The notes: a model not told the origin generated them from the letters alone. DNA of 64,000 nt from Octopus vulgaris (GCA_951406725.2 OX597827.1:43896001-43960000), one strand, 5' to 3'. Shown: positions 29,851 through 42,910, numbered from the stretch's first letter. Made by a program: numbers and translations.

Positions 29851-31950
29851 TAGAGAAGGGTGGCTTATAACTAGAGGGGGATGGCTTATAACTAGAGGGG
29901 GGTGGCTTATAACTAGAGGATGATGGCTTATAACTAGAGGAGGATGGCTTATAACTAGATGAGGATGGCTTATAACGAGGGGAGGATGGTTTATAACTAG
30001 AGGAGGATGGCTTATAACGAGATGAGGATGGCTTATAACGGGAGGAGGATGGCTTATAACTAGAGGCGGATGGCTTATAACTAGAGGATGATGGCTTATA
30101 ACTAGAGGATGATGGCTTATAACTAGAGGGGGATGGTTTATAACTAGAGGATGATGGCTTATAACTAGAGGAGGATGGCTTATAACTAGAGGCGGATGGC
30201 TTATAACTAGAGGATGATGGCTTATAACTAGAGGCGGATGGCTTATAACTAGAGGATGATGGCTTATAACTAGAGGCGGATGGCTTATAACTAGAGGAGG
30301 ATGGCTTATAACTAGAGGGGGGTGGCTTATAACTAGAGAGGGATGGCTTATAACTAGAGGGGGATGGCTTATAACTAGAGGATGATGGCTTATAACTAGA
30401 GGATGATGGCTTATAACTAGAGGAGGATGGCTTATAACTAGAGGAGGATGGTTTATAACTAGAGGAGGATGGGTTATAACTAGAGGAGGATGGCTTATAA
30501 CTAGAGGAGGATGGCTTATAACTAGAGGAGGATGGCTTATAACTAGAGGAGGATGGCTTATAACGAGATGAGGATGGCTTATAACGAGTGGAGGATGGTT
30601 TATAACGAGAGGAGGATGGTTTATAACGAGATGAGGATGGCTTATAACGGGAGAAGGATGGCTTATAACTAGAGGCGGATGGCTTATAACTAGAAGATGA
30701 TGGCTTATAACTAGAGGGGGATGGCTTATAACTAGAGGATGATGGCTTATAACTAGAGGATGATGGCTTATAACTAGAGGAGGATGGCTTATAACTAGAG
30801 GATGATGGCTTATAACTAGAGGCGGATGGCTTATAACTAGAGGATGATGGCTTATAACTAGAGGCGGATGGCTTATAACTAGAGGAGGATGGCTTATAAC
30901 TAGAGGATGATGGCTTATAACTAGAGGCGGATGGCTTATAACTAGAGGAGGATGGCTTATAACTAGAGGAGGATGGCTTATAACTAGAGAGGGATGGCTT
31001 ATAACTAGAGGGGGATGGCTTATAACTAGAGGATGATGGCTTATAACTAGAGGATGATGGCTTATAACTAGAGGAGGATGGCTTATAACTAGAGGAGGAT
31101 GGTTTATAACTAGAGGAGGATGGCTTATAACTAGAGGAGGATGGCTTATAACTAGAGGAGGATGGGTTATAACTAGAGGGGGATGGCTTATAACTAGAGG
31201 AGGATGGCTTATAACGAGATGAGGATGGCTTATAACTAGGGGAGGATGGTTTATAACGAGAGGAGGATGGTTTATAACGAGATGAGGATGGCTTATAACG
31301 GGAGGAGGATGGCTTATAACTAGAGGCGGATGGCTTATAACTAGAAGATGATGGCTTATAACTAGAGGGGGATGGCTTATAACTAGAGGATGATGGCTTA
31401 TAACTAGAGGATGATGGCTTATAACTAGAGGGGGATGGCTTATAACTAGAGGATGATGGCTTATAACTAGAGGCGGATGGCTTATAACTAGAGGGGGATG
31501 GCTTATAACTAGAGGCGGATGGCTTATAACTAGAGGATGATGGCTTATAACTAGAGGCGGATGGCTTATAACTAGAGGATGATGGCTTATAACTAGAGGA
31601 GGATGGCTTATAACGAGATGAGGATGGCTTATAACGAGAGGAGGATGGTTTATAACTAGAGGAGGATGGCTTATAACTAGAGGATGATGGCTTATAACTA
31701 GAGGCGGATGGCTTATAACTAAAGGATGATGGCTTATAACTAGAGGGGGATGGCTTATAACTAGAGAGGGATGGCTTATAACTAGAGGGGGATGGCTTAT
31801 AACTAGAGGATGATGGCTTATAACTAGAGGAGGATGGTTTATAACTAGAGGAGGATGGCTTATAACTAGAGGAGGATGGCTTATAACTAGAGGAGGATGG
31901 GTTATAACTAGAGGGGGATGGCTTATAACTAGAGGAGGATGGCTTATAAC
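29851..31950. repeat. 21-bp tandem array, 100 in-phase units, consensus TAGAGGAGGATGGCTTATAAC
   Basis: 2100 bp; the minus frame gives 700 aa of heptads (SYKPSSS) with no frameshift. Confidence 0.95.
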
Positions 31951-32209
31951 TTGCCCACTTAGTTTGTCCGCTAAATTTGTAAATGTTCTTAGTGTTCCGA
32001 GTTCTTTTACTTGTTTCATTCAACAAATTGTGACCATGTTGGGGAACCGCATTGAAGAATCGACACCAGTGCTTATTTTATTAAGCATCCCACTCATCGT
32101 TATCTTTAGCCGAATTGAACCGCTAAATTACGGGAACGTAAACACAACACAACACTGATTCTCAAGCCTTGATGAGATACACAAACACACACACATACAC
32201 ACGCACACA

Positions 32210-33470
32210 CAGGGTGCGTAAGATGTTTGAGGACAGATTTATGTTTATTAAAACACATATATAATAACAGATAGTAACTTTATTTATCAAACAATACTAT
32301 GAGAATAAAAATAAACCTTCTTTTCTATGTTATTCGATAAATCCACCTTCAGCTTCAACAACTGCTTCTATATGAGATCTACACCATCTGCATGCTCGAA
32401 TCAAGTGATCCTGGTTCATTTTGGACATTACTCTGACTAAGACAGCTTTCAAAGAATCTTTGGTGTTATGGGCGTGTTCATTGACCACCCTCTCAACAAC
32501 GATCCACATGTAATAGTTCAATGGATTGAGATATGGGAAATTTGGAGGCCAAATGTTAGGGGTTATGTGATCATGAAAAGTTTCAGCCATCCATTCCTGT
32601 GTCACTAGAGCCATGTGTGCTAGTGCAGAGTCTTACTGAAACACATATGGCCTTCCATGACATACACTGTCTATCCAGGGCTTAACAATTGTGTCCAGGA
32701 CCTCAATGTAGGCAGCAGAGTAAACTCTAAGGCCATGTGGAAAGACGTAAGGTGGCATCACATGTCCTGCATTGCTGACAACCACTAAAACCATGAAAGT
32801 TGCAAGGAATTTTGTACGAATTACACTTGGAACTTCAGAAGGGTCTGCATATAACCATCTGTCATTTCTTCTGTTAACTTTTTGATCTCCGTCGAAGTTT
32901 TTCTCGTTTGAGGAAAACCAAACCAAATCCTTTTCTGCTGGAATTTTCAGTTTGCTTAAGAACCTTTTAGATATGATGTAGTGATTTTCTTTTGCTTTTT
33001 CTGACAAATTGGCATTTCCTCATCGTATAAGACTTATATCTGATGTCTTCGTGGACAACATTTCTCATTGTTCCGTCTGACACATGGAGATCTTTTGCAA
33101 ATGACCTCATGGTCTTTCTGGGATTGTAATCAATGGTCTCTTGGACTTGGTAAATACATTCAGGTGTTCTGATGTTTTTAGAACGTTTAGAATGCTTTTT
33201 ATGCTTTAATACTGTTGATACGTTTCAATCTTCAGTCTATAGCTACTTACAAACTTTGTACACGAAAGATCTGGCAACCTTTAAAAATCGAGATATTTTA
33301 AAATTACTATGCTCAGGCTTTATAACCACAATAACAGCATGTCTCTTCATTTCTTGAGAAAGTTTAGTGTCTGACATTTTTATTTTCTGAAACAAAGATC
33401 ATACAGGGTTAGCAAAAATTGCAGCAATGACCCCCAAAAATGGTATTCCTCAAATACCTTACGCAACCTG
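32210..33470 (-). mobile_element. Tc1/mariner DD37D (maT-type) transposon, full length but pseudogenised
   Basis: TIRs CAGGGTGCGTAAGATGTTTGAGG / CCTCAAATACCTTACGCAACCTG|TA; motifs FSSNEKNF, FQ*DSALAH and WPPNFPYLNPLNY with 37 residues between the 2nd and 3rd catalytic positions. Confidence 0.85.
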
Positions 33471-33473
33471 TAT

Positions 33474-33512
<39 letters not shown>

Positions 33513-34685
33513 CACAACGGGGGACCTCTTTCAGTTCCCGACTCCCAAATCCACTCACAAGTCTTTGGTCAGTTCGATGCTATAGTATAAGTCACTCGTG
33601 CAACGTGCCACGCAGTGGGACTGAACCCGGAACCATGCAGTTTTGAAACAAACTTCTTACGTCGGGAAAACTACTAACCTCCTTCCCTAAAAACTGTAGA
33701 CCTTATGTCTAACTCGGAAACCGTTATTTTTTTTTCTTTATCTTCTAAGGGAAGTGGGTTGACAGAATTGTTAGTGCAGCTAGCAAAATTTCTTGCAGTT
33801 TTTGTTCCGCCTATTTACCTTCTGAGATAAAATCCGACAGAGGCCTTAATTGTTTTTAACCTTCCGGTATAGATAAAACAGTACCAGTCAAATAGTAGTG
33901 CAGGTGGGACTAACTACTGCGCCTCCTTCAAATCTGTGTCTCAAAATTGTGTCTCAATTAAAAACCATTGAGGGTTTCTACAGAAATCTGTAGAATCGTC
34001 AGAGCCTTGTCTTGTCAACTCCCAGTCAAGTACTGGGGTCGATTTAATCCTTTCCCATTTAGATTACTAGTCCCCTGCTAAAATTCGAAACAATTATTTT
34101 CTCTCTTTGCTCTGAAATGGCTGAATCGTTAGGGTATCGGAAAAAATATCTTGCTGATTTGCTCTGGCACTTTACGTTCTGAGTTCAATTCCCGCTTGGG
34201 TCGATAATAAGAAATGTCAGTGACGCCTCCTTCCCTCTAATTTTTAGTCTTGAGCCATATTGTTATTATTGTCATTACCAGACAAAATCCCTTTATATTT
34301 TACTTGTTGCAACTATTGAACTGTGGCCATGCTGTAGCACTACATCGAAAGTTTTAGTCGAAGAAATCGACTCCAGTACTTAGGGGATATTTCTAAAGTC
34401 TGGTGCTTATCTTATCGATCTCTTTTGCTGAGATACAGGAATGCAAATAAACTAACAGCGATCGTCAAATGCAAGTACAAAGACACACACATAAATACAC
34501 ACACACACACACACACACACACGCACGCACATATACGACAGGCTTCTACAAAGTTTCCGTCTATGAAAGTCAATCACAAGACATTAGCCGGACCAAAGTT
34601 ATAGTAAGACATTTTCCCAGTGCTCGACCCAAAAGAGCATGTCGTTGCAAAGCGGGGGGGGGGGGTAAGCACCGTCACAGACACA

Positions 34686-34752
<67 letters not shown>

Positions 34753-34757
34753 GTATG

Positions 34758-34791
<34 letters not shown>

Positions 34792-35082
34792 TGTTTGTAT
34801 GTATGTATTTATACATATACACATATATACATGTCTATATATTCTGTGTATTCCAAACGTATCCTAATGTAATCCTTAAGATTGCCGTTTGTACACACTG
34901 ATGATTTTCCATACAAGGTATTTAAAATGGAAAATTACATATTTACATATGTTTTGTAATTTTAATTTTGTTTGTGAAATGAAACAATTGTTGCTGAAAT
35001 GTTGATTAATTGATAAATTTATTTGCATCCATTAGATCTCTGTTTTCTAACTCGGCATTAATGTTTGATATTTTAATATATA

Positions 35083-35137
<55 letters not shown>

Positions 35138-35333
35138 TACAAAATTAGAGAATGGAGAAACATACTTAAATCAGTAAAACATCAACTATCCGATGATACT
35201 CAATCCATACTTTAATACACCATTAACTATGAGTAAAGGCAATATATAAAATGAAATGAGATATACAGTAATAGTAAAAGTAAAAAGATAAAGAGATATA
35301 AGTAAAAAATTTCAAATATAATATGCAAATAAA

Positions 35334-35452
35334 TCAAAACTGACAGCTGTTTCGGCAGTGAGGACAGTCATACCTCATTTAACCTATAAGCCATAAAGGC
35401 AGGTATAAATGAGGCATTAACAAGGATGCCCCACGGCCTCTTCAGAGAATTA
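35334..35452 (-). ncRNA. Type I hammerhead ribozyme with long stem II, in a PLE-like AT-rich 3' end (about 35137-35800)
   Basis: Minus strand: ct-CTGAAGA-GGCcGTGGGG...CCTCACtGCC-GAAA-CAGCTG-TC-ag; palindromic stem III ACAGCTGT and GUC triplet. Confidence 0.7.
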
Positions 35453-35795
35453 AATTAAATTTGTTATAATAGTGAAAATATTATATAATCATATACATAT
35501 AAATATAAAAATATAAAAATGTAAAATATAAAAACTTATACATCATAATGCTACACTTATATAATATAATACACATTTGTACAAAAAGGAAGGTAAACAG
35601 AACAATATAAAACAAAATATATAACAGTGTATATATTAATATTAATAAGTACCGATATTATACATATTTGGCTAATAGTTTTTTTTTTTTTTTATAAAAA
35701 AAAAAGGGCTAACACATATGGAGATGAAAAATAATAATTAAATCCGTGGTACAGTTCATAAAATTCTAAAGCTATAAAAGTTAATAAAAATTACT

Positions 35796-35842
<47 letters not shown>

Positions 35843-36060
35843 TAATAATAATAAAAAAATACTAAAAATAGATACAGTTAAGTTAGCACCAAGTCCATCC
35901 TTTCAAGATCGAAATATATATATATATATATATATATACATACATATATAGATAAATAGATAGACAGATAGGTAGGTAGGTAGGTAGATAGATAGATAGA
36001 TAGATAGATAGGTAGGTAGGTAGGTAGGTAGGTAGGTAGGTAGGTAGGTAGGTAGGTAGG

Positions 36061-36123
<63 letters not shown>

Positions 36124-36441
36124 GTAGATATACAATGGGCTTCTTTCAGTTTCCGTCTACCAACTCCACTTACAAGGCTTTGATCGGCCCGAGGCTACAG
36201 TGGGAGACACTTGACTAAGGTGACACGCAGTGGGACTGAACCCGGAGCCATGTGGTTGAGAAGCAAATTTCTTAACATACGGTGATGCTTGTCATTATAG
36301 TTTCCTATTTTGGAAATGATTTGATGTGAAGGGGTAGAAAAGGTGAAAGGGCACCCTTCGCGGATCATTTTTAGGATTTCTGCGACTTGTGGGAAAAAGA
36401 AAGAAGTAATTCTCGGACCAAAATATCTGACCTGAATTCTT

Positions 36442-37029
36442 ATTTCTTTATTGCCCACAAGGGGCTAAACACTGAGGGGCAAACAAGGACAGACAAAGGG
36501 ATTAAGTCGATTACATCGACCCCTGTGCGTAACTGGTACTTAATTTATCGACCCCTAAATGATGAAAGGCAAAGTCGACCTCGGCGGAATTTGAACTCAC
36601 AACGTAACAGCAGACGAAATACTTATTTCTTTACTACCCACAAGGGGCTAAACACAGAGAGGACAGACAAACGGATTAAGTCGATTATATCGACCCCAGT
36701 GCGTAGCTGGTACTTATCTAATCGACCCCGAAAGGATGAAAGGCAAAGTCGACCTCGGCGGAATTTAAACTCACAACATAACGGCAGACGAAATACCTAT
36801 TTCTTTACTACCCACAAGGGGATAAACACAGACGGGACAAACAAGGACAGACAAACGGATTAAGTCGATTATATCGACCCCGGCGTGTAACTGGTACTTA
36901 TTTAATCGACTCCGGAATGATGAAAGGCAAAGTCGACCTCGGCGGAATTTGATCTCAGAACGTAACGGCAGACGAAATACCGCTAAGCATTTCGCCGGCG
37001 TGCTAACGTTTCTGCCAGCTCGCCGCCTT
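36442..37029 (-). mobile_element. SINE family B with a triplicated body and tail
   Basis: One head (GGCGGCGAGCTGGCAGAAACGTTAGC) and three tandem ~175-185-bp units. Confidence 0.85.
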
Positions 37030-38007
37030 TGAATGTTTGGCCTGAATTCTGACCCAGAATGGACCATGCTAATAATTCCAAAGTGGGCCAGGTGGTTATA
37101 ACAAAACCGACGGCTAGATTAACCCTACAACCCCAAAATACAGGAGCAGGTCCGACATAGATTTACATATTCGACAGGCGTTGTGCAGTTACCGTCTACC
37201 AAATTTCTTTCTCAAGACATTGATCAACCAGACCCTATGAAGGAGAACTTATACAAGATGCGGTGCAGTGGCACCAAACCCAAGAACACGTGGTTGAGGA
37301 AACGAATTCCTTAACCACACAACTATGCTTGCGATACTACCAATTGTATTCAAACAGCTTTGTTTATTTAGTGTCTGCAAAATCCAGGTGTGTTGTATAA
37401 AGTATGAAGACTCTTCGGTAATCTATTCCTGTTGTGCGAAAAGGTTTCTTTTCTGTTCTTCTTGTTTTCAATAACTTCTCGATTTACCAACAGCTGTTCT
37501 TTACATCCACGCATCTACTTCCGAATCTCTCCCTATCTTTGTGTCTGTATGTGTATGTGTGCATGTGTGTGTGCGTGTGTGCGTACGTGTATGTGTGTTT
37601 GTGTGTGTATGTATATGTGCTTGTGTGTGTGTTTGTTCATCTCGTACGATGTTAATATTTTCCAGATGAGCAGACAGACTGTAGAATGGTAATAGCTGCC
37701 AGGGCTTTTGTACATGCTTGTAGCTTTGTGAGGAGGTGAAAAGCGGCGGCGGCGGTGGGGCGGGGGGCGTATGCCTATTATCTTTGTTTTAAGAGGATTT
37801 AATACGTTTTTTCCGTTCAGGCCTTAGTACTGGTCTCTCATGTAATTTATGTGTGTTGCTATAGAGACATGTTACTGATGGTATTGGTGGTGGTGGTGGT
37901 GGTTGTGGTGGTGGTGGTATTCTACTCAGCTGATCTCTGATTGGTCAAACTGAAAATCAAAGTCATTCAAGCAGTGACTATCCCATCTTTTTTTTCACAT
38001 GTAGACA

Positions 38008-38165
38008 TAGGCACGGTTGTGTGGTAAGAAGCTTGCTTCCCAACCACATGGTTCTGGGTACAGTCCCATTGCATGGCACCTTGAGTGAGTGCTTCCTACA
38101 ATAGCCTCGGGCCGACCAAAGCCTTGTGAGTTGATTTGATAGACTGAAACTGAAAGAACTTCGTC

Positions 38166-38199
<34 letters not shown>

Positions 38200-38290
38200 C
38201 CTGGCGTCGATTTCTTCGACTAAAAACCCCTTAAGGTGGTGCTCCAGCATGGCCATAGTCAAATGACTGAAACAAAAGAATAAAAGAATA
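38008..38290 (+). mobile_element. SINE family A with an internal deletion
   Basis: Head and extreme 3' end are retained. Confidence 0.75.
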
Positions 38291-38674
38291 CATTGTATTT
38301 AAGACTACAACACCCATCGTCTCCCCACTTTTTAAAGCAAGTAAAGAGTGACTTGAGGAAGATTTGTCAGCTATTTCTAAAAAGCCAGAGTCTCCACTGG
38401 TTGACTTGTGTAGATCTGTTGTGTGTATATTTGTTAAGTAATTTAACAGCAAACCGAGGAGGTTATCAATTCTGTGAGCCTTCCTCTTGCTATCTGTGTT
38501 ATCTATAAAGCAGGCTTGTCTGAATCATCATCGCGACGTTATGTTGAAGATTCACACATATGATGCTTCCCGGCTTACTACATACGTTGGCTACCAAAAG
38601 CGACATGTTAGCAAGCGAAGTTACAAAAGTAGCTATCAAGTTTATCTTATTTCTCATCCATTACCCTTATTTTG

Positions 38675-38755
38675 CCTACATCAACTTGTGATGCACTTTG
38701 ACATATCATCAGTGATGTTGCCTGGAATCATTGGGCGTTTCGTCTCTTTCCACGA
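38675..38755 (-). mobile_element. HERO-like LINE 3' UTR fragment
   Basis: GAAAGAGACGAAACGCCCAATGATTCCAGG..CATCACTGATGATATGTC is similar to the UTR following the RLE ORF remnant at 39220-39745. Confidence 0.5.
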
Positions 38756-38819
38756 GTGATCTAATAGGAATTAATCCCCGAGCTAAAAATAGATGTTATG
38801 GCTAAAAATAGAAATCACC

Positions 38820-38968
38820 GAAAATTTTAGCCTAAAATAATTCGAAAACTTTCCCCAAAAATTTTTCCAAAATTTTAACCAAAAATTTTTCGAAAATTTT
38901 CCTAAAATTTTTCCAAAATTTTCACCAAAAATCTTTCCAAAACTTTCACCAGAGATTTTACCCAAAAA
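38820..38968. repeat. Degenerate ~12-bp tandem repeat (AAAATTTTNNCC)
   Basis: Directly visible. Confidence 0.7.
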
Positions 38969-39219
38969 TAAGTAGTTCTACTCTATCTATTGTCCACCTT
39001 TCTTTATCCGCAAGCAATCTTGAAGCAATTTCCGCTTTGCGTAATGGTCGTTTACCAATGAGCCCTTCAGGTGCCCAACATTTTCTAGGATCTGCTGAGG
39101 GATTGGTCTGCGAAATTCCTGTGTCCTACCTAATTAGGTTCACATCTTACATGCCATACGGAGTATCTGTATTCTTTTACATACTCAATATCTTCACTCT
39201 CTTTTTTCTTGGATTCTAT

Positions 39220-39745
39220 GTCAACATTATGTCTAACTTTAGTGTCGTTAGATGTTTTGGGTCTTTCAACAATCAGACAAACTCAGGCGACCCAGAAAGG
39301 GGTTGACCAAGCCCTCAGCCTGTGTCTAGTTTGCATTATCCCATCTATAGTTAACTTCTTCTGATCCATAGCCACTTTAAAATGACTTCTTATGTCTCAG
39401 AAGCTAACTTGATGGCGTTTCATTAACGGGCACCCATCACGTCCAGCAAGTTGTTGTCTCCACTGAGACACTGGCCTCCCAAGTCTATTCATCATATCTC
39501 AGTAGTCTCACACTTCACTCTGCCCCCACTGTTTCGGCATACTTCCACCATCTCCGTATATTTTGCCCTCATTCAAACATCATCTTCCTGAACGCTACCT
39601 TCTCTGGTATTGGAAAGTTCTAACAGTAATTTATATTAAGCTTCTGAGATCAGCACCATGTCTGTTCTTAATGATGTTAAGGCAACAATTTCCAAAAGCT
39701 TCAGTTACTTGTCATCTTTCTTGTCATGTACCTTTTCGTTTTATA
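39220..39745 (-). pseudogene. HERO-like RLE LINE 3' remnant
   Basis: Minus translation TSLRTDMVLISEA*..LLEL...RAKYTEMVEVCRNSG...CETTEI...KWLWIRR fits the RPD...ELTVPWE...KY..L...C...GW...WLWI.R pattern of HERO-clade endonucleases. Confidence 0.7.
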
Positions 39746-40181
39746 CGCCCTACAGCTTGAGTGTATTTCTATTGGGCGGGGGGGGGTTGATGTACGTTTC
39801 ACAATTATGTTATTTCCATTGATGTCAATGTAAAATTTTGATTTAAAAAATGCTCACGATTTTTCTTAAACATCTTTGGAATTTCTTTGCCAGAATCAGT
39901 TTTTTTATATATATTTTTTTCACTTCCAGAATCTCATTCATTTCTTTTTCCTCAATATGATAATTTCTTCATATTTCTTTTGCGTTCCTTGTTTTTCTGT
40001 TTTGTTTCTTTATTATGCTAGATTATATTATTTTTATTTTGTTAACAAAAAAAGCTATTTAAGTTTGGTTGTATTTTCTATCTCTACCGCTGGATTGGGA
40101 GAGGAAAGACCTACTCTCTAAAATTTTAGTATAGTTTATTTCAATACTTCCATGGGAAGAATGTAAAGTGTTATCGTTCAC

Positions 40182-40252
<71 letters not shown>

Positions 40253-41258
40253 CATCATCATTATTATTATTATTATTATTGACTGAGAGAGCAGCGCATG
40301 CAATCAAAGTGAACCTGGGGTAAAATTTATGAAGCCCAGTATACCCGACTGATAAGGGTACACCAGGCACATGCATCACAACCATATGTGTGCGACATGG
40401 TAGTCTCGTATCAAGATAAACAGCACATTACCTTGCAGGTAGGGCCCAGTTAGAATGTTCTTCTCGTCGAGTAGCCCATCCTGCCCAGAATGTCCTTGAA
40501 TAAGGGTTTTTTAAGGATGTTGAACGGAACACTCATGTTTCCAGATGTGAATTATTCAAACACCATAGAATTCCTCGCAACACATGGCTCTGATTCCCCC
40601 CATTACTTCTACTCGTGATCAGAGAAGCATATACCGTCAGCTCAACTGGTTAAGGTCAAATAACCGACAAGTAAATCTGTGGTATTGAGCACAATATTTT
40701 CTGTAGCCCATCTTTTATACCAAGACAAAAAAAATGTACATAATAGCACTTCCAATCGGTTGAGATCAGAAGCTACTGGGGCCATTGCTTGGTACTGCAT
40801 CAGGGCATTTATTTATTATTAATATTATTATTAGGATTATCATTATTAAGGCGGCTAGCTGGCATAGACGAAGTCCAATGACTGAAACAAGTTAGAGATA
40901 AAAGTTAGTGGCTTAAAAGGACAGAATAACTCACCATTTGTAGGTTATTCTCAAACAGAATGCTTACAACAGAGCGAGTTCTGCTAATCGTACCAAGGGT
41001 ATTAGTGATAAAGATCAGAGTAGGATTAAGTCTGCCATCAACATTTATTCAAATTTCTTAATGGGTAAAAAAGAAACGCTGAAAATCATGAAACTCCAGT
41101 AAAATTATTGATCTTAGCTGATCTATCAACGACCCAAATAATAGATTGTGACGTCAATGAAGCCATCAAAATATCAAATTAATACCGGATTAAAAATTTT
41201 CAAAATGATAAACGTAGCAACAAAGAATGTTCATTAAAATATTAAAATGGCAATAACG

Positions 41259-41313
<55 letters not shown>

Positions 41314-41473
41314 CATGTCGCGCACATATGGTTGTGATGCATGTGCCTGGTCTACCCTTATCAGACGGGTAGTCATGATGGGTATATTGGGCTTCGTATA
41401 TTTTACCCCAGTGTCACTTTGATGGCATGAACTGCTCTCTCACTCAATAATAATAATAATAATGATGATGATG

Positions 41474-41573
<100 letters not shown>

Positions 41574-41599
41574 GAAGAAGAAGAAGAAGAAGAAGAAGA

Positions 41600-41679
<80 letters not shown>

Positions 41680-41685
41680 GAATAA

Positions 41686-41716
<31 letters not shown>

Positions 41717-41734
41717 AAGAAGAAGAAGAAGAGA

Positions 41735-42852
41735 GCTCAATAGCCACTGGTGGGCGTACTTCTAGCTTATATCAGCTTGTTTGCTACGGGCCACATATTT
41801 GTCTTGTAGAGATTTTTGTTCCCACTTAGCAGCCAATTGTTCAATCGCATTTTGCTTTGCTTTTGATTTCACCTTCTTTGCAACGACAGTTGCCGCACTT
41901 CCATCATGCTGTTCAACCTGGGTATTATACATAAACTCACTTGAAATTTTTTTGCTCTCTTTCTTAACAGAATGAAGCTTCTTACGTCTTTCGTGGTTTT
42001 CAACGAAAAGATGGTGTAGACCCAAAGTACCGGTGCTGCAACGATGGGATTGAGACTCTGGACTACCTAGTCTTTGGGTGTAAGGTTTTAGCACCTGTAG
42101 AGTATAAGCCAAGACATGACAGAGTTGGTCAATATCTACATTGAATAACGTGTCGGCATTATAAAATCAAAACTGTTGACAAATGGTACAAGCACTACCC
42201 TGAAGCTATAACTGAGAGAGAAAATGTAACGATTTTTTGTGACTTTCCAGAGTGTACAGATCGGACCATCAAGACAAATAAACCAGATATTGTTGTGAAA
42301 GACCAAAACAATAAAGTCTGTTTATTGATTGACATGAGCATACCCTGTGACCAGTGAAGGCACATGGCTCAGTGGTTAGAGCGTCGAGCTTACGATCGTA
42401 AGATTGTGAGTTCGAATCCCGGACCGGGCTGCATGTTGTGTTCTTGAGCAAGATACTTTATTTCACGTTGCTCCAGTTCACTCAGCTGTAGAAATGAGTC
42501 GCGACGTCACAGGTGCCAAGCCGTATCAGCATTTGCCTTTCCTTTGGATAACACTGGTGGCTTGGAGAGGGAAGGTCGGTATGCATGGGCGACTGCTGGT
42601 TTTCCATAAACAACCCTGCCCGAACTTGTGCCTGGGAGGGTAACTTTCTAGGTGCAATCCCATGGTCAGTCATGACCGAATGGGGTCTCAGAAACCCTGT
42701 GACCATAATATCTCGGCAAAAGAATTTGATAAGCTCAGAAATTATAAAGAATTGCTAATCGAAATCGAAAAGATGTGGCATATCAAGGCAGTCACGATGC
42801 CAGTGATTGTAGGAGCGCTTGGAATGATCAAAAAAGGAACTGAAGAGTATTT
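41735..42852 (+). mobile_element. R4/Dong-like RLE LINE fragment with an inverted 5' part (41735-42005)
   Basis: Plus: DPKYRCC...ETLDYLVFGC..LA..EY..RHD...NKPDIVV...LIDMSIP.D.N...KE..KL..Y..L...PVIVGALG. Minus: KWEQKSLQDKY...ADI...HQWL. Confidence 0.85.
42354..42693 (+). mobile_element. SINE family C, full length with a 12-bp TSD
   Basis: ACCCTGTGACCA at 42342-42353 and 42694-42705; A box TGGCTCAGTGG, B box GAGTTCGAATCC. Confidence 0.9.
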
Positions 42853-42910
42853 AATGCCTTGTGAGTGGATTTGGTAGACGGAAACTGAAAGAATCCCGTC
42901 ATATATATGT

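Noticed and set aside
29851-31950. CRISPR-like array
   Set aside because: Head-to-tail units with no unique spacers, no cas genes and a eukaryotic context.
34898-34940. CTGATGA followed by a TTTTCCA/TGGAAAA stem as a hammerhead
   Set aside because: No GAAA, stem III or UH after the stem.
37650-37775. Plus-strand 23-nt micro-exon (TTTTCCAG|ATGAGC...AATG|GTAATA) and nearby GC box
   Set aside because: Cannot be supported without transcripts; no recognisable peptide or linked exons.
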